In this document: positions 21,627 through 31,538 of the stretch, one piece after another
How the letters are laid out: every line of letters begins with the position of its first letter
How positions within the stretch are numbered: position 1 is the first letter of the stretch
Assembly: GCA_964389905.1 (NCBI GenBank)
Contig: CAYMGD010000002.1
Location: forward strand, 84,306 to 148,305
Source: an uncultured Coprobacillus sp.
Lineage (GTDB): Bacteria; Bacillota_I; Bacilli_A; ML615J-28; CAG-698
Length of the DNA: 64,000 nucleotides
Direction of reading: 5' to 3'
Made by a program: the position numbers and the translations under genes
Notes under the pieces: model-generated
Seen by the model: the letters and a program-made list of their open reading frames with translations, nothing else
Told to the model about the DNA's origin: nothing
The model's database searches: none

Positions 21627-22784
21627 TTAATAGCCTATTTTTTTGAGTAAAACTATAGCCATTGCTTCGGCTCCTTCTTCTTTGCCGATATATCCTAAAG
21701 TTTCTCCCCTTGTAGCTTTTATATTAACTTTTTGTTCTATTATGTTTAGAATGCTTGCTATGTTTTTACGCATTTGAGGAATATATTTCAAAAGATGTGG
21801 TCTCTCAATTATTACTGTTGAATCAATATTTTCTACTTCATACCCTTCTTTATCCATCATTTCTTTTGCTTTTTGAAGGAAAAAGCTTGAGGATATGTTT
21901 TTGTATTTCATATCATTATCAGGAAAATGAGTCCCTAAATCGCCTAAACCTAATGCACCGATAATTGCTTCTGTTATCGCATGTAATAGTATATCTCCAT
22001 CAGAATGGGCTTCAAATCCTTTGTCATGAGGTATTTCTATAGTCCCAATGATTAGTTTTCGTCCTGGTATTAATTTATGAATATCACGTGACTCTCCTAT
22101 TCGAAGCATCTCTTTTGTCCTTTCTTTAAGATATAATTGTATCAATGAAACATCTTCTAAAGTTGTTAGTTTGATATTTTTTTTATCTCCTTTGATAATT
22201 TTTGGTAATATTCTTTCATATTTTTCAATAGCCATTAAATCATCAGTAATATTATCATCTTTTTTTATTTTAGTTAAAGCATTCTTTAAAACTTGTGTTT
22301 TCGCTCCTTGTGGCGTTTGCATACAATATAAATGACTTCTATCAATTGTCTCTACCTTTTCGCCTTCCATATAGTTTTTAACTGTATCAGTAATAGGTAA
22401 ACCAGGGGCTACTGCTTTAGAAAAGGCTAGTTCATTCTTGATACTTTGTATTAGATTAATGTCAATAACAGGTCTTGCACCATCATGAACTAATACATTT
22501 TCTTCTGTTACATACTTTAATCCTTCTTTAACACTTAGGTATCTTTCATTTCCCCCTTGACACAATATAATCTTAACATTAGATTCTGTCAAATAGCTTT
22601 CAAGAAATTCTTTATCATCTTTATTGTATACTAATATAACTTTCTTACAATCATCATCATTTAAAAATACTTCTAATGAATATTTAAAGACAGGTTTATT
22701 ATATATTCTATAATAAACCTTATTTATTTCTGAAGCAAATCTTTCGCCTTTGCCAGCTAGAAGTATAATTGCATCATATTTCAT
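21627..22784 (-). CDS. ispDF: Bifunctional MEP cytidylyltransferase / MEcPP synthase
   Basis: LLAGKGER, LVHDGARP and QTPQ (IspD); DIH, HSDGDILLHA and GDLGTHFP (IspF); probable start MKYDAII at 22784. Confidence 0.93.
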   Translation of the reverse strand: MKYDAIILLAGKGERFASEINKVYYRIYNKPVFKYSLEVFLNDDDCKKVILVYNKDDKEFLESYLTESNVKIILCQGGNERYLSVKEGLKYVTEENVLVHDGARPVIDINLIQSIKNELAFSKAVAPGLPITDTVKNYMEGEKVETIDRSHLYCMQTPQGAKTQVLKNALTKIKKDDNITDDLMAIEKYERILPKIIKGDKKNIKLTTLEDVSLIQLYLKERTKEMLRIGESRDIHKLIPGRKLIIGTIEIPHDKGFEAHSDGDILLHAITEAIIGALGLGDLGTHFPDNDMKYKNISSSFFLQKAKEMMDKEGYEVENIDSTVIIERPHLLKYIPQMRKNIASILNIIEQKVNIKATRGETLGYIGKEEGAEAMAIVLLKKIGY

Positions 22785-22785
22785 A

Positions 22786-24123
22786 TTATTCATCTTCATG
22801 TAAGAAACTATTATCTAAATCAATCTTATATTTTTCAAATGAATATTCTTCATCATCAGGAAGTTCATCTTTAGGAACAGAATATATACTATAATCTTTT
22901 CCATATTCATCATTATTTACTAAAGCTGAAGCTCTGAATAATGCTTTCATATAATCCTTCTTCGTTTTCATTTGGTTGTCGTAATATGCTACTGCTAAAC
23001 GATTAGATATAGCAATAAGATTATCGCCAAATGATAATTCATACTTATGAAGAATTGATTTATCAGCAAAAATATCATTAACGATTGAATCCATTCGTTT
23101 AGTATCCTTTATGATAACAACATATTCAAATTCATTTAGTTTGATGATAACATCATCACCATTTAATAGTTCTTTTCTAATATTCTTAAAGTATTGTTTT
23201 ATTATATCTTTTAAAATATTTTTAGAATAAACTTCTTCATCTAAAAGAGATTTTAAAGATACTAATACACCTCCAAATGGTATTTCTTTAGCAATTAAAT
23301 CACTTATAACACCATTTAGTTCATTATATTCAAGATAAACATCTTCTTCTATCATTTCAATATTAGTAAGCATAGAAGTAACTTTATCATTTTCAAAATG
23401 TTTTACTTCTTCAAACATCATTAGCCCTTGACTTGTTACTAAACGATATTGCACACTCATATCATTAGTTAGCTCATTAGCTATTTTATTAAAATTATCA
23501 ATATCTTCTTCATAAACATATTTTTTTAAACTAGAATATGTCATTCTCTTTTCTTTTGAGGAAAGAACAGTTTGCATTTTTCGATTTAGATTAAAATTAG
23601 TTTCTTTACTTAAGCCTTGATAAAAGGCACATGGTGAATCTAATTCATTCATTACTTTAAATATAGTTGTTTGTTCGCTTGATGTTTTATCTAAACCTGC
23701 TAAACCATATCCGATTATTTCTCCTTCGTTTAGAACAGGGATTTTTCGGAACGTGAGTTCAAAAGATTCATCTTCGAACTCAAAGATGAAGTTTAAACTT
23801 CCTTCTTTTGTTTTTAAAACTTCTAAGAATGCTTTATAAGAAATACATTCGTTTTCAAAAATAATATTTTTTAAACATTTTGTCCATTTGCTTTTCTTAT
23901 TTAAAGCATTGATTGCTTCAAAAAAGTCATCATTTAAGCCAATTAAATTGCCTTTTTTGTCTAAACTTCCATATAGCGTACTTCCTAAACTTCTAGATAT
24001 GTTTTTATATATCTTTAAATATGATATTATTTCAAAGATATAAATAGTAATTAGAATAATATCAACAGCTACAAAGAGAGCTCCAAACATATAAGCATAA
24101 ATATTTGCAAATTGTAAAAACAT
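22786..24123 (-). CDS. Membrane-anchored protein with PAS-like region(s) and a degenerate GGDEF-like domain
   Basis: One N-terminal TM; YVYEEDIDNF...VQYRL PAS-like segment; DVIIKLNEFEYVVI where GGDEF proteins have xxRxGGDEF. Confidence 0.5.
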   Translation of the reverse strand: MFLQFANIYAYMFGALFVAVDIILITIYIFEIISYLKIYKNISRSLGSTLYGSLDKKGNLIGLNDDFFEAINALNKKSKWTKCLKNIIFENECISYKAFLEVLKTKEGSLNFIFEFEDESFELTFRKIPVLNEGEIIGYGLAGLDKTSSEQTTIFKVMNELDSPCAFYQGLSKETNFNLNRKMQTVLSSKEKRMTYSSLKKYVYEEDIDNFNKIANELTNDMSVQYRLVTSQGLMMFEEVKHFENDKVTSMLTNIEMIEEDVYLEYNELNGVISDLIAKEIPFGGVLVSLKSLLDEEVYSKNILKDIIKQYFKNIRKELLNGDDVIIKLNEFEYVVIIKDTKRMDSIVNDIFADKSILHKYELSFGDNLIAISNRLAVAYYDNQMKTKKDYMKALFRASALVNNDEYGKDYSIYSVPKDELPDDEEYSFEKYKIDLDNSFLHEDE

Positions 24124-24131
24124 ATATCCTC

Positions 24132-24929
24132 CTATTCTGTTCCGAGGTTATCACTTAGGATATTAGCAACTCTTCCAATTGTTAACTCTAAATCGATTTT
24201 ACCTCCGACAGCAATTGAAATGTTTCCTGTTTCCTCCGAAACGATAATTGTTATTGCATCAAATCTTTCACTCACTCCTAGAGCGGCACGATGTCTTGTA
24301 CCTAAATTTTTAGGAACTTCATAATTGTCGCTTAGAGTGTAATATGCACCAGCACAAACTATTTTATTATTACGAATAATTACTCCTCCATCATGGCAAG
24401 CTGTGCCAGGAGTAAAGATTGTTGTTAGTATTTCTTGAGTAATGTCCGCATTTATTATAATAGCATTATTAATGATTGCTTCTAAACTGTCTTTTCTTTC
24501 AAAAGTTATCAAAGCTCCAATTTTTCTTTTTGATAAGTATTCAATTGTTGAGCAAATTGTGGAAATGGTAACTTCTTTTTCTCTTTTTGACTTGTAAATA
24601 GTATCACCAATTCCTTTGTTCTTTTTGCCTTCAAAGAAAGTTTTAATTTCACTTGAGTAGATGATTATATATAAACCAATTGCCCAATTAGCAATATATT
24701 TAATAAATCCTTCTAATATTTTCATTTCAAATATTAATGAAACGAAATATAGTACTATTAATGCTAGCGCAACAACTATTAATCTTGATATTTTAATTTT
24801 TTGTCTCAACTCAAAAGTCATTAAACCAATTAAGAACAAAACAATAACAATATCAATAATAAGCACTACTACTCCAGCACCATTTTCACCTAGATAATTG
24901 TTTTCAAAAAATTGTTTTATAACGTCCAT
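24132..24929 (-). CDS. cdaA: Diadenylate cyclase CdaA/DacA
   Basis: Three N-terminal TMs; GALI, HDGG, GTRHRAALG and VSEETG. Confidence 0.93.
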   Translation of the reverse strand: MDVIKQFFENNYLGENGAGVVVLIIDIVIVLFLIGLMTFELRQKIKISRLIVVALALIVLYFVSLIFEMKILEGFIKYIANWAIGLYIIIYSSEIKTFFEGKKNKGIGDTIYKSKREKEVTISTICSTIEYLSKRKIGALITFERKDSLEAIINNAIIINADITQEILTTIFTPGTACHDGGVIIRNNKIVCAGAYYTLSDNYEVPKNLGTRHRAALGVSERFDAITIIVSEETGNISIAVGGKIDLELTIGRVANILSDNLGTE

Positions 24930-25495
24930 TTGTATTCCTCACAATCCATAATTGTTGAAATTTTTTCTAATCTCTTTTCGTCAACCTTTTGTTTAGACAA
25001 AAAGTATCTAATCACTTCTTCATCTTGTTCGTCAATAGCATAATCAATAGGAAGATTATCTATTTCATCTAAAAGGTTTAGATCTGCACCTTCTTCCACA
25101 AGATATTTTACCATTTTTAGATTTCCACAGATAACAGCTAAGTGTAAAGGTGTTTGTTCGAGCTCCCTAGGGCAATTGATGTCAGCTCCGTAGTCAAGAA
25201 GCAACTTCACTAGTTTTACGTTCCCCTTACTCACCGCTTTGTGTAGAGGAGCATCCCAGTTATCATTAGCTAAATTCACTTTTACACCAAGTTTTAAAAA
25301 GAAAGATAATAGTTTTTCACTTTCCAAACTTACAGCTAAATGTAAAAGTGTATTTCCCCCATTTCCCTGAGTGCTTACATCTACTCCTTCACTAATTAAT
25401 TTATTAATCCTTTGCTGCAGCAAAGCATATTTTTTAGTATTTGCTTTGACTAAGCCCATATACTCATTTATTAGTTTACGATTACCTTTAGCCAT
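24917..25495 (-). CDS. Ankyrin-repeat protein
   Basis: GNTLLHLA, APLHKA and QTPLHLA repeats. Confidence 0.92.
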   Translation of the reverse strand: MAKGNRKLINEYMGLVKANTKKYALLQQRINKLISEGVDVSTQGNGGNTLLHLAVSLESEKLLSFFLKLGVKVNLANDNWDAPLHKAVSKGNVKLVKLLLDYGADINCPRELEQTPLHLAVICGNLKMVKYLVEEGADLNLLDEIDNLPIDYAIDEQDEEVIRYFLSKQKVDEKRLEKISTIMDCEEYKWTL

Positions 25496-28400
25496 CTATT
25501 TCCTCACACAAATCTTTTACAAATTTATATGGACCTTGAATTAAATCAATCATCGTTTTAATAATAAGTTTATGTCCTTTTTCTGAATATATTTCTTTTA
25601 AGAAACGATAATTATTGAGAACACCTGAAACAAAGCCATTACTATAAAGGATAATAACAGATACTATTTCATCACTATCTTTCTTCTTAATAGTTAGGTT
25701 AATACCATTCGAAGGAAAATATACCTCATAACCTTTTTTCTTTAACATTTCAGAAATTAGTGTTGAAATATTATCGCTTGTGTCTTTTAAGAATACTACT
25801 TCATTTTCTAACATTTCTTTAATTTTATCAAAGAAAGAAAAACTCATTTCTTCGGATAATAAGTCATGTTCATCAAATACAATCAATCCTTTTTTCGAAG
25901 TAATTACTCTTTCTAAGTAATTGTTAGTTATTATCGGTGAATTTTCTTTATAATAATCTTCAAATCTAATTATATCATAATCACTATGAATATAATTGCT
26001 CTTTTCTAATTCGATAATATTTAAACCTTCATTTAAGAATCTTATTATCTCATCACGATCAACTTTTTTGTGATAAAAATATTTTGCAATCTTTTCGTAC
26101 GCATCATATTGCATATCAGGATATTTAACATAATAATTAATTTTTACGTCTTTATTATCAAGATATAGCTTATATATAGTTTCTTCAATATTCTCGTTAA
26201 CTACTATGATTCCTTTATTAGCATTATAATCATTTAAATATGGTGATTTAGTGTGTACCATATTATAGGTAAGCTTTCTTGGACCTAAAACAAGGCGACT
26301 GCGGAACATATCTGTATTCTTATTCGTTACAATTGAGATAAGGTTTTGATTAACCACTTTATTTGTCTGATAATCCCCGCAAACAATAACTTGATTGCCA
26401 CGAAATACGTTTTCAAGTTTTCCATCAGTTATTAAATGAGCATCATCGATGACTAATAAATCAAAATTCTTTCCTTTAAGCTCTTCTTCAGCAAGATTAA
26501 TTGGTGAGATAACTACCTTAGCTTTATTAATTGTCATCCTTCCACTTTTAATTTGATTTGGATAGTTTTGACGTATTTTCTGAATAATATTATTTCCATA
26601 TAATTTACATAACTTATTTTCTATTTCAATTGTTTCTTTCATAACCTCAATATATTTATTTGTATCTTGTAATATCTCATTTTGTTTTATATCTTGTTTA
26701 ATGACTTTTTTAAAATACATATATGAAAACATATCAACAAGATTATACACCTTATCTTTGGTCACAATATACTCAATTAGTTTATGCAAATTATATTCGT
26801 ATAACACTTTTAATCCTTTAGTTATCTTAAGGTAATCCGTAAGTTCTTCTTTACTTTCAATTAAACTATTTAAATATTCAATATTTTGTTCAATATTACT
26901 AAAATAGTAACGACTGACACTATCTTTGAATTTTAAACTATATGAATGTAAATGACCGCCTATAACACTCACTAAAGAACTCATACTATCGGCTAATATT
27001 TTTATCTTTACGTAATCATTTAAAGCATTTATTCCTTCTTTTGGAGAAACAAATATTACCATAAATGATTCATATTCTTTAATTATTTTAATGATATTCT
27101 TATAATCTGTTGTTTCACCTTCGTACAAGAACTCGTACAAACGCATAAATTCTTCGTTAGTTCGAAGGTCATTAACTACATTATCAAAATCATTCTGAAT
27201 ATTCTTGATATTATAGTATTCAGAAACTAAGATATATTCTTCTTTATTATTAACTTTTGAAGCTAATAATCTCTTTTGTGACTCATTAAGATCTCTTATA
27301 TACTTAATATATTTTTCTAATTCATCAACCTTTGAAGAAATTTTATCATCAAATTTAAAACCAAATGCTTGATATTTATTTACTTCTTCTTTTAGTTTTT
27401 GGTATAAATCAACATATTTTAAGAAAGCATTATCAATTGGTTTACGATTGTTTTTGTTAATAGATAAAATAAAATCAATTATTTTCTTTCTATTACCATG
27501 GTTCATAATATTAGAATAATACTTTTTCAAATCTCTTATTGTTTCAATAACTTCTTTATGATTGTCAGAAGAACTATCTCCCATTTCCACGTAATCTTTT
27601 TCAAGTTTACCTACTTTCTTTTCTAATTGCTTATAATTAGCAACAGTTTGGTTATTAGTATTGTTCTTTAACCATTTACGAAGCTTGGGAAAACTTATAA
27701 AAGCATTAGCAATTTCAGTTTTAAGTGAAGCAATTGATGCATGAATTTCCTCAAGTTTAGAAAGAGTTTGTCCATCTTTGTTATTCATTATCATTGCTAA
27801 TAATTTACCTGATATATTATGCTTTAAATATAAATCAGTCAAACTATTAATATCATTGATAGATATATCTTTTTCAAAGAAATTCCAATCCATTATTTTT
27901 GATATTTCTTCAATATTTTCTTTAAATATGGCAAGAAAAGCTTCAGTTTTGTTTGCTTCATCAACTAAAGCAGGTAAGTTTCTTATAATATTATCAATTG
28001 TTTCTCCATCATCAGCTGCAAAGAAATCATTATAAAGAGCAAACATTTCTTGATTGAAATCTAGAAGATTTAAATTTAGATATTTTGTGCTCAAATCGTA
28101 TTCTAAGTTTTGATAATCTTCAATGCGTTTTTGAAGTGTTGCTTGCATTTCTTTTGCCTCAACAAAAACCGAATAATCACTTAACCACTTAAGAGGAATA
28201 TTGTTTAATTCTAACTCTTCTATTGGTTCTAGAACTCTTTTTACTCCTGAAAAGCTTGTTATTTTCTTCACACCAAATTGTTCTAGTAAATATACTTTTT
28301 CTTTTAGTTTCTTTAAGCCATCATTTAATTGTAAAACAATGCTTAATACTTCTGAGGCTTGTTTGATATTATTTATATAAGGAATTTCATTCCACACACT

Positions 28401-29633
28401 ATCCTTAAAACTCTCAATGTTTTGACTATTTTCTTCGATTTGGTGTAGTGCTTCACATATTTTTAAATATTCATTCTTGTATAAGAAATCTAAATTATCA
28501 AAATCTGAATAATCTATTTTTTCAACTTTATCATATTTTTTGATAAGAAATAATTTTTCAATTGCTTCAACAAGTTTAAAGTCATAAACCATTTTACTCA
28601 TTTCTTTTTCATAAGCATACAGATAAGAATAATTATCATTAAGTTTTTGTGTTAAGTTTTTGATATCTTCTTCACGTGATATACCTATTTCTTTAATAGG
28701 CTTTATGCTTTCATAAAGTGAATGTAAATCATAATAATAATTACTTAAGCCAACATTACATAAAAAGTCTTTTACATCTTTGATTGTTTCTAAAGAATTT
28801 GTTAGATATAAAACCTTTTGTTTTTTGCTTAGAGCGTTAACTAATATATTTTCTAAAACTGTTGTTTTACCAGTACCATTAAATCCTGTAAAAGTAATAT
28901 TAGCTCCATTATATGCACGTAAAACAATATCTTTTTGTTCACGAGTTAAAATGCGTGAGTAAAAGATGTTTCGTGGTTTTACATTTATGTTTTCACGATT
29001 ATCTTCGTCGAATCTCTTTTTGTTATAGAAAATTATTTCTTCTCTTTTTTTCTCAACGAAAGTCAAATAACTATCAAGCCTTAATATGCCTTCTTCAGCC
29101 TTTTCAAACATATGTGTAATTCTATCTAAAGCATATATATCAATTAATGGTTCAGTTTGAGTTATTTGCAATTTATTACGAATTTTCTCGTTGCTTTCAA
29201 AAATATTAGCTAAAGCAGGATTTTCAAATGGTCGCGAAATCATTCGAACATATGTTTTATTATTTTCATAGAACATAGTAATAGGTATTAAAATAATAGG
29301 AACAAATTTATCTTTCTTTTCATAATCACGATAGTAGCATAAACCATATGTGATGACTAGTTGCATTAATGTATTACCTTCCGAATATTTTCTAAAGAAA
29401 TAGTATGGTAAGTTTTCTTTAATTACTTCATCATCACTATGACCATGTCCCAAACCTTTATTTTGAATTGGAAGATATGATACTTGATTCATCTCAACAA
29501 CTTCACCATTAAGAAGTTTACGAATAATATCGATATCAATTATTCCTAGTTCTAGGTAATAATCTTTTTCAAATATATTATTTAGATGAGCAGAATTAAT
29601 AACTTTATATTTTGTTTTATTATTTTTGTTCAT
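25488..29633 (-). CDS. Large degenerate DUF4011/SF1-helicase-like P-loop protein with an eroded C-terminal restriction-endonuclease-like domain
   Basis: EGNTLMQLVITYG...FVPIILIPI (DUF4011-like); GFNGTGKT Walker A; long helical insert; LLVIDDAH and VIVCGD; C-terminal LKKKGYEV..INLTI. Confidence 0.55.
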   Translation of the reverse strand: MNKNNKTKYKVINSAHLNNIFEKDYYLELGIIDIDIIRKLLNGEVVEMNQVSYLPIQNKGLGHGHSDDEVIKENLPYYFFRKYSEGNTLMQLVITYGLCYYRDYEKKDKFVPIILIPITMFYENNKTYVRMISRPFENPALANIFESNEKIRNKLQITQTEPLIDIYALDRITHMFEKAEEGILRLDSYLTFVEKKREEIIFYNKKRFDEDNRENINVKPRNIFYSRILTREQKDIVLRAYNGANITFTGFNGTGKTTVLENILVNALSKKQKVLYLTNSLETIKDVKDFLCNVGLSNYYYDLHSLYESIKPIKEIGISREEDIKNLTQKLNDNYSYLYAYEKEMSKMVYDFKLVEAIEKLFLIKKYDKVEKIDYSDFDNLDFLYKNEYLKICEALHQIEENSQNIESFKDSVWNEIPYINNIKQASEVLSIVLQLNDGLKKLKEKVYLLEQFGVKKITSFSGVKRVLEPIEELELNNIPLKWLSDYSVFVEAKEMQATLQKRIEDYQNLEYDLSTKYLNLNLLDFNQEMFALYNDFFAADDGETIDNIIRNLPALVDEANKTEAFLAIFKENIEEISKIMDWNFFEKDISINDINSLTDLYLKHNISGKLLAMIMNNKDGQTLSKLEEIHASIASLKTEIANAFISFPKLRKWLKNNTNNQTVANYKQLEKKVGKLEKDYVEMGDSSSDNHKEVIETIRDLKKYYSNIMNHGNRKKIIDFILSINKNNRKPIDNAFLKYVDLYQKLKEEVNKYQAFGFKFDDKISSKVDELEKYIKYIRDLNESQKRLLASKVNNKEEYILVSEYYNIKNIQNDFDNVVNDLRTNEEFMRLYEFLYEGETTDYKNIIKIIKEYESFMVIFVSPKEGINALNDYVKIKILADSMSSLVSVIGGHLHSYSLKFKDSVSRYYFSNIEQNIEYLNSLIESKEELTDYLKITKGLKVLYEYNLHKLIEYIVTKDKVYNLVDMFSYMYFKKVIKQDIKQNEILQDTNKYIEVMKETIEIENKLCKLYGNNIIQKIRQNYPNQIKSGRMTINKAKVVISPINLAEEELKGKNFDLLVIDDAHLITDGKLENVFRGNQVIVCGDYQTNKVVNQNLISIVTNKNTDMFRSRLVLGPRKLTYNMVHTKSPYLNDYNANKGIIVVNENIEETIYKLYLDNKDVKINYYVKYPDMQYDAYEKIAKYFYHKKVDRDEIIRFLNEGLNIIELEKSNYIHSDYDIIRFEDYYKENSPIITNNYLERVITSKKGLIVFDEHDLLSEEMSFSFFDKIKEMLENEVVFLKDTSDNISTLISEMLKKKGYEVYFPSNGINLTIKKKDSDEIVSVIILYSNGFVSGVLNNYRFLKEIYSEKGHKLIIKTMIDLIQGPYKFVKDLCEEIDG

Positions 29634-29788
29634 TTTGACCTCTGTTTTGTTCTATGTCTTCTAAAGGGAATAATCCTATTATTCTAATTATAACATATTT
29701 ATAGTTTTTTGTTAATAATCTTTGATTTATTTTTTTATAGTTTTTAACCTTCTTAACACATTTTAAAAATTAGTTATTATTATTTTTC

Positions 29789-31384
29789 TTAATATCCTAT
29801 TTTTTTATCATTATTCTTACCAAGAATAAATATAGCATTTCGAAAAGATATCTTTCTTCCCTTACTATCATAAGCTATTCCACTAGTTATAATATTTTGT
29901 ATTTTCCTTTGGTTTATAAATTGAGCATTATCATAATTTTCTATCACAATTATACTAATTGGATTTTTTAATACTTCACTTAACAAAAAATTATATGAAT
30001 AATCATCTAAAAATTCTAAATCGATATTGATTAAACTTTCCTCGTTTAGTCCAAATCTTTGATATATCTCTTTTATAATTTCTTCTTTTTCTTCGTTTAC
30101 TTTAAATAAAGCTATTATTTTTTTCTCTTTACTTATGTTAATAAAATCTTTATAAATATTATTTACATCACAAGTTATTTTATTATTTGTTTTATAACTA
30201 CTTTTCCTTTTGATACCTATATTTTCTAAAACTATTCTTTTTATATCTTCTTCTTTAATATTTTCTTTATGATTACTTTTTATTAAGGCGCCTACTTCAT
30301 CTAAAATATCTATTGCCTTATCAGGAAACTTTCGATTAGGAAAAAATCTTGCATAAGAAATTATTTTATCTATTATCTCTTCTGTATATTTTATATTATA
30401 GTATTTTTCATACCCTTCTTTAATACCTTGTAAAATGATTTTGGTTTCTTCGGTGTTTGGTTCAGGAATGAAAATTGTTTGAAACCTTCTAGCAAATGCT
30501 TTATCCCTTTCGATGTATTCGTAGTACTCTTCTGTTGTGGTTGCACCGATACATTTTATTCCACTTCTTGAAAGAATTGGTTTAAGCATATTCCCAATGC
30601 TTAAAGTATCTTCACTTCTAGAAGAACTAGTAACCATATGAATTTCATCGATAAAAAGAATTGCTTTTTTTTCTTTTATTTCATCGATAACTTCATTAAC
30701 TCTTTCCTCTAAATCGCCGCGATATCTTGTTCCTGCTATTAGCGAACCAATTTCTAGACGGTATATGGTTTCATCTCTTCCCTCTTTTATGAACTTTTCC
30801 GCAACCCCTTCAACTAAGGCACTTTTGCCGACACCAGCACTACCGATTAACATACAATTGTTCTTTTGTTTTTTACTTAATATCCTAACAACTTTATCAA
30901 TATATTCTGTTCTTCCAATAAAAGGATTAACTTTTTTGTTCTTCACTTCTTGCGTTAAATTAATCAAATAATTATTTTCAGTAAACTCTAAATATTCATC
31001 AACAGTTATTAACATTAAACTTGTATTAATGCTAAATGATTCTAATATGTCTATTGCATTGTTATCTCCATCTTTTAGTAAAGCATATAAAATATGTTCA
31101 TCTGTTATTGCTTCTTCATTATCTTTATTAGCAATTTCCATAGCTTCTTCTAGAATTAAGTTAAACTTCTCATCTGCTGTTATTTCATTTTGAGAAATAT
31201 ATTTTTTTACTTCTTGAAACTTAAGTTTACACAAACAATTAAGCAATGAATCTTCTTTTCTTAATAGCAATAATAAAAGTTGTTCTGTACCACCTTTACC
31301 AAAGACTATTTTTTCTTCTTTTTCGTATCTTTTTATCTCTTCTTGCAACTGTTTTTCAATTATATATTCCATAGTTTTCCTCAA
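29789..31384 (-). CDS. Reduced ClpC/ClpA-like AAA+ ATPase
   Basis: Clp-N (EQLLL, EHILYAL), GSAGVGKS, AGTRYRGDLEER, LFIDEIH and FPDKAIDILDE; second AAA module degenerate. Confidence 0.85.
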   Translation of the reverse strand: MRKTMEYIIEKQLQEEIKRYEKEEKIVFGKGGTEQLLLLLLRKEDSLLNCLCKLKFQEVKKYISQNEITADEKFNLILEEAMEIANKDNEEAITDEHILYALLKDGDNNAIDILESFSINTSLMLITVDEYLEFTENNYLINLTQEVKNKKVNPFIGRTEYIDKVVRILSKKQKNNCMLIGSAGVGKSALVEGVAEKFIKEGRDETIYRLEIGSLIAGTRYRGDLEERVNEVIDEIKEKKAILFIDEIHMVTSSSRSEDTLSIGNMLKPILSRSGIKCIGATTTEEYYEYIERDKAFARRFQTIFIPEPNTEETKIILQGIKEGYEKYYNIKYTEEIIDKIISYARFFPNRKFPDKAIDILDEVGALIKSNHKENIKEEDIKRIVLENIGIKRKSSYKTNNKITCDVNNIYKDFINISKEKKIIALFKVNEEKEEIIKEIYQRFGLNEESLINIDLEFLDDYSYNFLLSEVLKNPISIIVIENYDNAQFINQRKIQNIITSGIAYDSKGRKISFRNAIFILGKNNDKKIGY

Positions 31385-31538
31385 CTTTCCTCACTAATAA
31401 ATATATGAAAGAAGAAAATAAGTTTTACCTCTATTTTTAAGTTAAGAAGAAACAAAAAGAAAAAAGAAGTTATATATTTCATTATAATATTGACTAAATA
31501 CAAATTTTTTGATAAAATTTTTATAAGAGGAATAAAAA

